Below, in pieces: positions 1 through 16,695 of a DNA stretch of 64,000 bases. The translations under genes and the position numbers were made by a program. The DNA comes from the human T2T-CHM13v2.0 reference genome, Homo sapiens, in assembly GCF_009914755.1 (NCBI RefSeq), contig NC_060925.1. One strand, given 5' to 3'. Every line of letters begins with the position of its first letter. Positions within the stretch are counted from its first letter, which is position 1. The notes under the pieces were generated by a model. That model did no database searches. It was not told the origin of the DNA and saw only the letters and a program-made list of their open reading frames with translations.

Positions 1-481
1 CTGGGTAAAGAATCATGAGGTTCTTGCAGAAGGCAAACAAGAAAAAAAAATTGAATAGATAAGTTATAAATACCAGCAATAACCATGTGACCAGTTACAG
101 AAACAAGAACTGTAATTGTTCTAAGTATTTTCTCCTTATTTCATTATGAATGTTTGTGTGTATATACACACATATTAAGCAAATATCTTTGCTTTCTTTC
201 CTGTCTTATTTTCTTATCATGTAACAAAAGTTGTATTGACTTTATATCAATATTTAAGTATTGTTAATTTTACATCATAATATTTAAGTTACAGGCTATC
301 AGGAGAAGAGTAAACATCACTGAAGAACTTCACTCCCCTGGGGAAGGGGCTAGTGTGTTTTTTGTTGTATGCAGGATAGCTGTTTATGTTAGGTAGAATA
401 ATGACCTTGTTACTGTCTTCATTTGGAGATCAAGTATGGCTTAAGGAAATACATACGGATGCCGAGTTGAAAACGAGTACT
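1..481 (+). mobile_element. ERVL (HERVL/MLT2) internal region, 3' end
   Basis: ERVL-int-like sequence (ccatgtgaccagttacagaaac...) running directly into an MLT2 LTR. Confidence 0.6.
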
Positions 482-1010
482 TGTGATGGTTAACTTTATG
501 TGTCAACTTAACTGGGCTAAGGGACGCCCAAATAGCTGGTAAACATTATTTCTGAGTGTATCTGTGGTGGTATTTATTGAAGAGATTAACATTTGAATCA
601 GTAGACTGAGTAAAGATTGCCCTCACCAATGTGTGTGGGCATTATCCAATCCACTGAGGGTCCAAATAGCACAAAAAGGTGAAGGAAGAGTGAATTATCT
701 CGTTTCTTGAGCTAGGACATCCATCTTCTCCTGCCCTTGGACACTGGAGCTCCTAGTTCTTGAGCCTCCAGTACCCTCTGCCTTCCCCACTGGTTTTCAG
801 GTCTTTGGCATTGAAGGAGGAGTTACACCATCAGCTCCCTGATTCTCAGGTCTTTGGACTTAGACTAAATTATGGCACCAGCTTACAGATAGTATATCAT
901 GGGATTTCTCAGCCTCTATAATCCTGTGAGCCAATTTCCACAATAAATCTCTCTCTTTACCTACCTACACAGCTCCCATTGTTTCTGTTTTGGGGGAGAA
1001 CCCTAATACT
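482..1010 (+). mobile_element. MLT2-family LTR (ERVL)
   Basis: Starts TGTGATGGTTAACTTTATGTGTCAACTT, has AATAAA, ends GGAGAACCCTAATAC. Confidence 0.85.
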
Positions 1011-1575
1011 AGGTCAGAGTGAGTATTTTAAAACATAAAACAGATAAGGTCATTTCTCTCCTGAAGGACCTCCAATAGCTTCATACTCAATTAAGGGTGC
1101 TTTACAAAGCCATATGGGATTGGACTCATGCCACCTCTCTATCTTATGTGTTATGACTTCTCCCTTTTCTATTACATTGCAGCAACATTGGCCAGTGTCC
1201 CACTCCAAGTGTTTGCCTTCTCTCCTGGTTTTTACATCCCCTGTCTTTCTAGTAGCCTGCTATGCTTGTTTTCCTCTGAATCATCAGTAAAGATTAAAAA
1301 CTAGATTAGGCTTTAAAATTACTGACAAATATATTAGGGGATCATGATTAATTTTATGTTTAAAAATTTTCATAATTAGAAAACATATATTCTTAAAAAT
1401 TAAATATACAATATATATTCCATTTATATACTAGTTTTTAGTATTCTATTGCTTAAGTAAAGGTGAGCTACCAGTATACACAAAATTGGTTCAAGGAAGC
1501 CACAACAAATAGAAACCAGGCTGAAAGATCAACAGTAAAACAATATTCAAAAGCAACCAATGCAATTTAGAAAAA

Positions 1576-2160
1576 TTAGTCTAGCCTGGGCAACAGAGCA
1601 AGACTTGTCTCAAAAAAAAAACCAAAAAAAACAAAAAAAAAACAAAAAAAAAAAAGGAAAGAAAGAGGAGAAAAGAGGAAGTATTCCAGTAAAGAAAACA
1701 AAATCCGGGGGGTGGCACCAAGATGGCCGAATAGGAACAGCTCCAGTCTACAGCTCCCAGCATGAGCGACACAGAAGACCGGTGATTTCTGCATTTCCAA
1801 CTGAGGTACCGGGTTCATCTCACAGGGGAGTGTCGGACAGTGGGTGCAAGACAGTGGGTGCAGCGCACTGAGCATGAGCCGAAGCAGGGCGAGGCATCGC
1901 CTCACCTGGGAAGTGCAAGGGGTCAGGGAATTCCCTTTCCTAGTCAAAGAAAGGGGTGACAGACGGCACCTGGAAAATCGGGTCACTCCCATCCTAATAC
2001 TGCGCTTTTCCAATGGTCTTAGCAAACGGCACACCAGGAGATTATATCCCGCGCCTGGCTCGGAGGGTCCTATGCCCACGGAGCCTCGCTCATTGCTAGC
2101 ACAGCAGTCTGAGATCAAACTGCAAGGTGGCAGCGAGGCTGGGGGAGGGGCGCCCGCCAT
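1576..2160 (-). CDS. L1 ORF0 (antisense 5'UTR ORF), C-terminally extended to 194 aa; expression unknown
   Basis: MAGAPPPASLPPCSLISDCCASN... matches the known ORF0 N-terminus; GCAATGG Kozak context; frame open to the stop at 1576. Confidence 0.45.
   Translation of the reverse strand: MAGAPPPASLPPCSLISDCCASNERGSVGIGPSEPGAGYNLLVCRLLRPLEKRSIRMGVTRFSRCRLSPLSLTRKGNSLTPCTSQVRRCLALLRLMLSALHPLSCTHCPTLPCEMNPVPQLEMQKSPVFCVAHAGSCRLELFLFGHLGATPRILFSLLEYFLFSPLSFLFFFCFFFVFFGFFFETSLALLPRLD
1580..1680 (+). mobile_element. Alu 3' terminal fragment with long A-rich tail
   Basis: ctagcctgggcaacagagcaagacttgtctc followed by an A-rich tract. Confidence 0.8.
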
Positions 2161-2725
2161 TGCTGAGGCTTGAGTAAGTAAAAAAAGTGGCCAGGAAGCT
2201 CGAACTGGGTGGAGCCTACCGCAGCTCAAGGAGGCCTGCCTGCCTCTGTAGACTCCACCTCTCAGGGCAGGGCATAGCCAAACAAAAGGCAGCAGAATCC
2301 TCTGCAGACTTAAATGTCCGTCTGACAGCTTTGAAGAGAGTAGTGGTTCTCCCAGCTCACAGATGGAAATCTGAGAATGGACAGACTGCCTCCTCAAGTG
2401 GGTCCCTGACCCCCAAGTAGCCTAACTGGGAGGCACCCCCCAGTAGGGGCAGACTGACACCTCACACGGCCCTCTGAGACAAAACTTCCAGAGGAACGAT
2501 CAGGCAGCAACATTTGCTGTTCACCAATATCCGCTGTTCTGCAGCCTCCGCTGCTGATACCCAGGCAAACAGGGTCTGGAGTGGACCTCCAGCAAACTCC
2601 GATAGACCTGCAGCTGAGGGTCCTGACTGTTAGAAGGAAAACTAACAAACAGAAAGGACATCCACACCAAAACCCCATCTGTACGTCACCATCATCAAAG
2701 ACTAAAGGTAGATAAAACCACAAAG

Positions 2726-3740
2726 ATGGGGAAAAAACAGAGCAGAAAAACTGGAAACTCTAAAAATCAGAGCGCCTCTCCTCCTCCAAAGGAACACAGC
2801 TCCCCACCAGCAATGGAACAAAGCTGGACAGAGAATGACTTTGATGAGTTGAGAGAAGAAGGCTTCAGACGATCAAACGACTCCGAGCTAAAGGAGGAAG
2901 TTCGAACCCATGGCAAAGAAGCTAAAAACCTTGAAAAAAATTAGATGAATGGCTAACTAGAATTACCAATGCAGAGAAGTCCTTAAAGGACCTGATGGAG
3001 CTGAAAACCATGGCATGAGAACTACGTGACGAATGCACAAGCCTCAGTAGCCGATTTGATCAACTGGAAGAAAGGGTACCAGTGATGGAAGATCAAATGA
3101 ATGAAATGAAGTGAGAAGAGAAGTTTAGAGAAAAAAGAATAAAAAGAAACGAACACAGCCTCCAAGAAATATGGGACTATGTGAAAAGACCAAATCTACG
3201 TCTGATTGGTGTACCTAAAAGTGATGGGGAGAATGGAACCAAGTTGGAAAACACTCTTCAGGATATTATCCAGGAGAACTTCCCCAATTAGCAAGGCAGG
3301 CCAACATTCAAATTCAGGAAATACAGAGAATGCCACAAACATACTCCTCGAGAAGAGCAACTCCAAGACACATAATTGTCAGATTCACCAAAGTTGAAAT
3401 GAAGGAAAAATTGTTAATGGCAGCCAGAGAGAAAGGTTGGGTTACCCACAAAGGGAAGCCCATCAGACTAACAGCTGTTCTCTCGGCAGAAACTCCACAA
3501 GCCAGAAGAGAGCAGGGACCAATATTCAACATTCTTAAAGAAAAGAATTTTCAACGCAGAATTTCATATCCAGCCAAACTAAGCTTCATAAGTGAAGGAG
3601 AAATAAAATCCTTTACAGACAAGCAAATGCTGAGAGATTTTGTCACCACCAGGACTGCCCTAAAAGAGCTCCTGAAGGAAGCACTAAACACGGAAAGGAA
3701 CAACTGGTACCAGCCACTGCAAAAACATGCCAAACTGTAA
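2726..3740 (+). pseudogene. L1 ORF1p, frameshifted with stops
   Basis: MGKKQSRKTGNSK... start and ...YQPLQKHAKL end lie in different frames. Confidence 0.93.
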
Positions 3741-3803
3741 AGACCATCGAGGCTAGGAAGAAACTGCATCAACTAACGAGCAAAATAACCAGCTAACATC
3801 ATA

Positions 3804-7587
<3,784 letters not shown>

Positions 7588-7886
7588 ACAATGAGAACAC
7601 ATGGACACAGGAAGGGGAACATCACACACCGGGGCCTGTTGTGGGATGCGGGGAGAGGGGAGGGATAGCATTAGGAGATATACCTAATGTTGAATGACGA
7701 GTTAATGGGTGCAGCACACCAACATGGCACATGTATACATATGTAACTAACCTGCACGTTGTGCACATACACCCTAAAACTTAAAGTATAATAATAAAAA
7801 AGAAAACAAAATCCATACTCAATTATGCAGCAAAATGAACAAAATAACAGTTAAGGGCAGAAAGGCATCAAATAGTTCAAAAAGTT

Positions 7887-8193
7887 CGGTGGCCCATGCC
7901 TGTTATCCCAGTACTTTGGGAGGCCAAGGCAGGAAGATTCATTGAGCCCAGGAGTTCGAGAACAGTCTCAGCAACACAGTGAGACCTCGTCTCTACAAAA
8001 AAATTAAAAAATTAGCTAGGTGTGGAACCTGTGATTTCAGCTACTCAAGGGGCTGCGATGGGAGGATTGCTTGAGCCCAGGAAGTCCAAGCTGCAGTGAG
8101 CCAGGATTACGTCATTGCACTCCAGCCTGGGGAACAGAGCAAGACTCTGTCTTAAAAACAAAAAAAGACAAAAACAAAAAAAACAATGAAAAA
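7887..8193 (+). mobile_element. AluJ
   Basis: Dimeric Alu with J-type motifs (gagcccaggagttcgag, ctgcagtgagcc) and A tail. Confidence 0.88.
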
Positions 8194-8317
8194 GGAACTT
8201 CTAGGAAGAAATAGACTCTTGGTACAAACTACTGAAACATGGAAAGCAGCACTAAAGAAAAAGAAACAAATGCATTACAAAATGTGTAATTTTTAAGTAC
8301 TGCCATAAACTACTCAG

Positions 8318-8355
8318 TGAATCAGGTAACTGTCCCTGAATCAGGCAACTGTCCC
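8318..8355. repeat. 19-bp tandem duplication
   Basis: tgaatcaggtaactgtccc / tgaatcaggcaactgtccc. Confidence 0.85.
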
Positions 8356-8519
8356 AAAATAAAGAGAATACAGCATCTGATAGAATTCTACACATTAAAA
8401 AAGGAGCTAGTCACCTATCATTTTTTCAAAGTGTTCTAAGAATAATGGCCATGTTTCAGAGTATATTATAATACATAGGTACTATTTAATAATCAGTTTA
8501 TATCTTTCTTCTCTGGCAG

Positions 8520-9092
8520 TCCCTATTCCAGTTAACATAACAAATCAGAAACCTGTAATCCCTCTTGTCCTCCAAATCCAACTGGTTATCCAATTCCGTC
8601 AGTTGTATCTCTAAAATAACCATCTCTCTTTAATCTCCCCTGCCCCATTCAGAGTTTAGGATTTCATTATCTCTCACGTTGACCAATAAAAACAGTTATT
8701 TAATTCCTTTGTTCTCACTGCCTTCCAATCATACATCAGCATTATTTTTCTAAAATACAAATAAGATAAAACATGTCACTACCCCATTTAAAACTCTTCA
8801 AGGATCAATCCCTAAACTGTATCCAAACATATACTCTTTCCAAGCTCATACAACTGTAAACTGCATCCAAACTCATACTCTTTCATACCTCTGGACCTTC
8901 CCCTTTTCTCTATTTGGGAAATTCCTATTTATTCCTCACAGTCCAGGACAAATATTATTTTGTAACAGCTTTCTGGTGACAGCCCTAAGCAAAGTAGTAG
9001 TGCCACCTCCTACATTTATGCCTGTCAGTGTCAGAGCTAAATAATCTTAAGCCAATCAGTATTCCTAGAGTTTGGCACACAGCAAGCAGTCA
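8520..9092 (+). mobile_element. L2 relic
   Basis: Pyrimidine-rich L2-like body ending in cctagagtttggcacacagcaagcagtcaa. Confidence 0.55.
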
Positions 9093-9402
9093 AAAGAAAA
9101 AAAAAAGTTGTCTTTTTACTAAATGCAGAAAGTTATGCAATGAGAGAAAAATTACCCATATTAAAAAGTCAGTATTTCAATGCACATTCATCAAAACAAC
9201 TGTGACATAGAGAATGATACCTAGAAGTCACATGGTAAGATATCAATTATTCATATTAATAAACAATAACTGAAAACAGATCATTTAAAACTGCAGATAA
9301 TATGTCATTTATATTTAGTTTTAGAATGTATTATTTTTTCTACTACAGATTTACCAGTTCAGTCATGCTTTACCTAAGCTAACATTAAAAATGAACTTAC
9401 CA

Positions 9403-9580
9403 TTTTTAATGGGTACAGTTTCAGTTCTGCAAGATGAAAAAAGTTCTAGAGATTGATGGTGGTGATGGGTGCACAACAATGTGAATGTCTTTAGTGTCAC
9501 TGAACTGTACACTAAAATATTATTAAAATGGTAAATTCTGTGTTATGTATACTTCTTGAAATTAATTAATTTTAAAAAAT
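9403..9580 (+). mobile_element. L1MB-type 3'UTR fragment
   Basis: tttaatgggtacagtttcag...gatggtggtgatgggtgcacaacaatgtgaat. Confidence 0.75.
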
Positions 9581-9896
9581 AAACTTGCATTCCTGGGATG
9601 TCAGGGTCAGGGGAGGCTCAGAGGTTGCTGCACTGATTCCATTTCAGATTCAACTAATACTTACCATTACTATATATACCAGGCCGAGTGCCAGGCATTT
9701 TCATATATTCCATCTCAGGTATTATTAATAACTTTTTACAAATGAAGAATGTAGGGCTCAATAAGTTAAACTATGCCATACAGGCAAAGAACTGATCAGG
9801 AAACAGCAATGAAAGATATGTAATAGTCCACAAAGGGAGTAAATCTGACAATTAAAAAACTGAATTGAAATAATGCTCTAAATCCTGCTTATGTTT

Positions 9897-10020
9897 AGAT
9901 TCATTCATTCAACAAATATTTATTACCACTGTTTGTCAGTCATTATTCTAGGCACTGGAGATATATCACTAAACAAATCAGATAAAAGACCCCTGTTCTA
10001 GCTTACATGCTACTGGAATG
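9897..10020 (-). mobile_element. L2 3' end
   Basis: attcattcattcaacaaatatttatt...ctaggcactggagat. Confidence 0.65.
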
Positions 10021-10747
10021 CTCAGCAGGGATTTCACAAAATGTAGTCTTTTGATTGGAGGCATTCGACAAAGCATTCACTACAGGGAAGCAGATGTCAG
10101 AGAGAGACTTTCTGGCAATGAGAATTGTCCTGTGGAGGATTGGTTATACACTAAAATGTACAAGCAGAAAGGCTGAATGACCACTTTTCACCAAAGATGC
10201 TGAAACTTTTCCAAGCTGAGAGAAAATTCACAGGTTGTAAAGGGAGATAACTAGATAAACTTCTAAGACCCTATTCAGCCTTGAAATTCTTTCACTAAGC
10301 ATCAAACAATATTATGGGAGCTGAGATATTATAGTAGCAACTATCTATATCTTATGTGTGTATTTGTGTTTGATCACATGTATATCTTAATTATGAACTA
10401 TTTGTCAGTAAAGATTATGTCTTATTCTCCTTACTATCTCACATATCTAGGTCAATACAATGAATCAATGAATGCAATATTATGGGTTTAAAGAGAGTAG
10501 CTTCCTCTTAAATCTTGTTCAATTTGACATTTAAATTCCATTTCCAACTTACTATTTTCAAAATAACACTCTTAAAATCTTTGATATTTCCATACTGAAA
10601 CTGCATTTATTCATGCTTCAAACGAAAAATTCATTGACTACCTAAGTTCCAGCCCTGTGCTAGGTAATAAGGATTAAAAAAAACAACAAGGCACCCTCTC
10701 TTAGTCTAGAAGACAGAGAGTTACATAAGTGTGATAAAGTGTTATAA

Positions 10748-10926
10748 CCTCCCTAGTAGCTGGAACTACAGGCTCACACCACCACGACTGGCTACTCTTC
10801 CGTATTCTTTGTAGAGATGGGGTTTTGCCATGTTGCCCAGGCTGGTCTCCAATTCCTGGGCTCAAGCAATTGGCCCACTTTAGCCTCCCCAAATGCCGGG
10901 ATTACAGGTGTGAGCTCCCATGCCCC
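10748..10926 (-). mobile_element. Partial AluJ
   Basis: Antisense left arm plus the start of the right arm. Confidence 0.8.
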
Positions 10927-11026
10927 TTCTTCTTTTTACCTTTCTAAATGTGGCTACTACAAAACTTTAAACTACATAAGTGGCTTGCATTGTATTTCTG
11001 CTGGACACAGTGGACAAATTCATTAA

Positions 11027-11358
<332 letters not shown>

Positions 11359-12013
11359 AGAAATATTTTTAAGTATTTAAAAAGCAAAACTTCAGACCTC
11401 CTCTCCCAATCTGGAAAATTCATGCCAATGACAAAAATGACATCATGGCTATAAAGAAAAGGATAACGAGTAGTCTAATTATTCGTGAGGAATTCCTTAA
11501 AGCCAGTCCTTGCTAGGTCTCTTAATCCCTCTTACCTCCACGATAGGGTAAAAAGATACTTACCATTAGGCTGCATAGTCAATGGACTAAAAACCGGTCT
11601 AGGGGTTAAGAAGTTTGGGATTTATCCCTGGATCCACCAATACCTTGCTCTGACTTCTGACAAGTCAGTTTCTTTGTATGCTAATTTCTCCATCTGTAAA
11701 AAAGGTAGGTGGGGAGGAAGGAGAAGAACATTTATTACCTGTAAAGTACTGAGATCTCTAATTATTAACAATTAGGCTACATTATAAGAAAAGTAGGAAA
11801 TTTAGATACAGATTTTTTGCTATTAGAATATCTTGGAGTTGCAAAGTACCTTACAGCAAGTACCACAGGTTGAATTTAATTAAGCCTCTATATTCACAGA
11901 AATAAAGAATACAGATATTTGCTACATTTGGTCCCATTCAAATACTAAATTTAGTTTCCAGCTAACCAGGTTAAGCCAGAATATCAAAAGACACTAAAAA
12001 CCCATTAACATGG

Positions 12014-12405
12014 TGTTATGGGCTGAACTGTGTCTCCCCCAAATTCATACGTTAAAGCCCTAACCCCCAATGTGACTACATTTGGAGACAGGGCATTTAA
12101 GGAGGTAATTAAGGTTAAATAAAGTCATACAGGTGAGACCCTAATCTGATATAATTGGTTTCTTTAAAACAAAAGGATGAGACATGAGAGATATCTCTTT
12201 CTCTCACATAGAGAAAAATGCTACATGAGGACTCAGAGAGAAGGTGTCATCTATAAGCTAAGGAGAAAGACCTCATCTCTAGCCTCTGCCGCTAGCATCC
12301 TGACACTGAACTTCCAGCCCCCAGAACTTTGAGGATATAAATTTCTATTGTTTAAGCCACTCAGTCTGTGGTATTCTGTTATGGCACCCCAAGCACATGA
12401 TCACA
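12014..12405 (+). mobile_element. MLT1 (MLT1A/B-like) solo LTR, ERVL-MaLR
   Basis: TGTTATGGGCTGAACTGTGTC...ataaatttctattgtttaagccactcagtctgtggtattctgttatggca. Confidence 0.85.
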
Positions 12406-12623
12406 GGACAAATGGGACTGTAGCAATTCTTTGGGAGTACCTCAGTTCCCCTAAAGAACTTTCACTCTTTTATTACAGTCGGAGTGGGAGTAAAGTAGAA
12501 CAAAAACAAAGTAAAAACAAAACAAAAAATGCTGAATTTGACGTTAAAATTTTACCCTGATCTGAATCTCCTCTATTTTGCCTTAATGTTTATTTTCCCT
12601 TTAAGACGTTAGGCAGGTAACAT

Positions 12624-12935
<312 letters not shown>

Positions 12936-13065
12936 GACTTCAGGCTGTAACTTAACTGAATCTCAGTTTTCTTATTAGTAAAATGGGAATAATAATCCCA
13001 ATGCTACTTGCTTCACTGGGCTGCTGTAAATAACAAATGAAAAAATGGCTTTGAAAGTGCTTAAT

Positions 13066-13460
13066 GGCTGGGTGTGGTGGCTCACACCTGTAAAGAGGTT
13101 AAGGCAGGAGGACCACCTGTAATCCCAGTATTTTAGGAGGCTGAAGTAGGGGGGAATCGCCTGAACTCAAGAGTTCGAGACCAGCCTGGACAACACAGTG
13201 AGACCCCCATCTCTAGGAGTTTGAGACTCAGAAACATGGTGAAACCCCATCTCTACAAAAAAAAAAAAAATATAAAAATTAGCCAGGTGTGGTGGTGTGT
13301 GCACCTATAGTTCCAGCTACTTGGGAGGTTAAGGCAGGAGGATCACCTGAGCTCAGGAGGTCAAGGCTGCAGTGAGCTATGGTCATACCACTGCACTCCA
13401 GCCTGGGCAACAGAAACACTGTCTCAAAATAAATAAATAAATAAAAATAAACAAAATAAA
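13066..13460 (+). mobile_element. AluJ with two internal extra segments
   Basis: Alu dimer with (AAAT)n tail; extra pieces at 13094-13122 and ~13215-13255. Confidence 0.88.
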
Positions 13461-13686
13461 ATTTATGGTAGTATAATCTTCTTGGAGGATGTGAAAGTTC
13501 TTGTATTTATTCCAAAAGATAGTAATGGCACTAAGGGGCTGGAATAAGAACAGTAACGTGAATCCTCAAAATGCATGTTCAGAGCCCTGAAACATTAAGA
13601 GATTAGTCTTAGGAACACCCTAGAAAATATATCCTCTTCAATTTCTAAGAAAAGAGCACAAGAGCATAGACTACGAATATCCAAAG

Positions 13687-14021
13687 CAGTGCCTCCAGAG
13701 TAGCTGGGATTATAGGCATGTGCCGCCATGCTTGGCTAATTTTTGTATTTTTAGTAGAGATGGGGTTTCACCATGTTGGCCAGGCTGGTCTCGAACTCCT
13801 GACCTCAAGAATCTGCCAGCCTCAGCCTCTCAAAATTTAATGCAATGATGGAAATGTTCAATATTCCTGTTGTCCAATGGGTAGCCACTAGCCACATGTG
13901 GCTATTTAGGACTTGAAATGTAGCTAGTGCAAACTGAGTGCATTTTTAATTGTATTTAATTTTTATTAAATTTACATTTAATTAGACATACATGGTTGTG
14001 GCTACTCATTGCATAGTGCAG
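13687..14021 (+). mobile_element. MER3 (hAT-Charlie) interrupted by an internal Alu fragment at 13691-13834 (minus strand)
   Basis: cagtgc...tgcaatgatggaaatgttc...gtagccactagccacatgtggctattt...gtgcag. Confidence 0.85.
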
Positions 14022-14558
14022 ATCTGGAGAATGTAATGACTCCGTATTTCTGGAAGTCGTTGAAAGAAGTATAATAGGTAGTAGAAGAATCTGTAAGGCT
14101 ATGGTAGTATCCTTTCAAAATGTAATAAAACAATCACAACAGGCCACCCCTTGAAGCAAGGAAAAGTAGAATTCTTCATATATTAAGATACAATTAAAAA
14201 CTTAGTTACAAATTATCACCTGTATAGTAATAACAGTCAAATTATTAATATATAATTATCATTTTAAGTGTTTACTACATGCCAGATATTGTGTTAAGTA
14301 TTTCAAAGAACAGGAAGAGAAGAATACTTCCCCTAGAAATGGAAACTGGAAAACAGAAAAAAGATGCATCAAACATACTTCTGAAAATTCAATAAGAAAA
14401 GACAGAACTCTCAGTTTTAGATAAATCATAATACTATGCCAATATGCAGAGAAATCAAAATGGAAAAGCTGTGAGCAGAACATCTACTCACTGTGGTGAT
14501 GGAAGGACAAGCTACAGGGAGGCAGGAGACAGAGGATTCATCTGTGATGTGCCACTGA

Positions 14559-14896
<338 letters not shown>

Positions 14897-15479
14897 GAGT
14901 ATTTCCAGCACATCTCAGCTGATTCTCTGTCTCCAGCTCTCCTTCATTTACTTTTACTTTATTAGGAGATAACTATGATGAGATGCAATATTCTTCTGGA
15001 ATGATCCACCAGAAGAAGGGGGAGGAAGGAAACTGGCCAATCTCTTTCTCAAAGAAAGCAATAAATCCTATCTCCTCCATGTAGCAGAGGTGAACAAAGA
15101 AGATGGAGCATATCTCTTTGGTGTCCCCCTGCTCCACTTGCTTTGTAGCAACTATACATCTTTGTGTATGCACAGAAAAGAACCCATGAGAACACCAGTA
15201 TTTCCTTTAACAAGTAATGCAGCTAGCAATAAGTGGCTAATGAAAATGCCATGACTTCCTTTGTCCTACAGGCAGTCCTAGTATTCTTTAACTATGTATA
15301 ATGTTTACCCTTTCCAGAAACTTGCAGAGGTGTGAGGCAGAGCGTAAGAGAAGCTAATGCTTTTTGGAATGCTTCTGGCTCATGCTTCTTGAACAGAGAA
15401 GAAGTTCAGTGGTTCCTATAGTGCCACTTCATAGTTCCTAGCAGACATATATGGATCTGATGTCATTAAATAAGCAATG

Positions 15480-16050
15480 CATCAGCATCATCATTATTCC
15501 AGTCAATATTTGGAATAAAGACGATGACAGTCCTGGATGCTCCATTCTTGCCAGTCCAAACATATCAGAAGTAGGATTTTATGTTTCATTCTAGGTCCTA
15601 TATTTTGAATGAGATACAAATGCACAATCTCATTTAAAGTAAAGCAACAAGAAGAGTGAGAATTTAAGAAACTAGGGAAGGTTAACTAGAAGGAAAGACT
15701 CAGGGGAAACATGAGAGCTGTTTGCAAATATCTGGAGGGATTTCATGTAGGAGAGAGATGAGATTTGCTCTACTTCTTCAATATTACCCCAAGGGAGAGA
15801 ATTAGAACCAGTGGGTGGAAGCTATAGGTAGATAGACTTCAGCATATTATTAGGAAGAACTTTCTGCCAGTCAGAGCTCTGTATCCAAAAGTGGGATAAG
15901 CTCTCTGGGAAGGAGAGGCATGAATTTGCCATCACTAAGGATGTGAAAGCAGAGGTAAAATAACCTATTGGTGAAGATACTAAATCATTAGGAGGAAGAG
16001 GGAGGCTGGACTGGGTAACCTTTAAAGTTCCTTCCAAATCTGAGACTTCA
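15480..16050 (+). mobile_element. L3/CR1 relic
   Basis: gagagctgtttgcaaatatctggaggg...aggaagaactttctg...ggactgggtaacctttaaagttccttccaa, typical of the CR1 3' end. Confidence 0.65.
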
Positions 16051-16328
16051 AATCTGAGTCCTGGTTTTTATAAACAACACTGTGCAAGTTTAGGTTTTGT
16101 AGCATGGACAGTGTGTGTGTGCATGTATGTATGTGTGTATACAAATATATACAATACCAACTTTCTTTCTGAAGCCTTACAGAAGTGTGATATGGGGACA
16201 GAAGACATAACAACAGCATCATCACCACCATCATCTTTTTTCTCTTCTGCGTCTCCATCTACCATTTACTGGCACTGTGGTAGGCACTTTACATACCTTA
16301 CATACCTAAGGTATCTTTTAAGTTAGTT

Positions 16329-16695
<367 letters not shown>

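Noticed and set aside
1560-1871. Lys-rich 103-aa ORF
   Set aside because: Produced by an Alu A-rich tail running into the L1 5'UTR
8813-8884. Spaced 28-bp direct repeats (also 50191-50229 and 58634-58680) as an array or CRISPR-like structure
   Set aside because: Only 2-3 degenerate copies in human DNA; ordinary slippage duplications
14973-15173. 66-aa ORF in unique-looking sequence as a coding exon
   Set aside because: No convincing splice sites and no recognisable protein similarity
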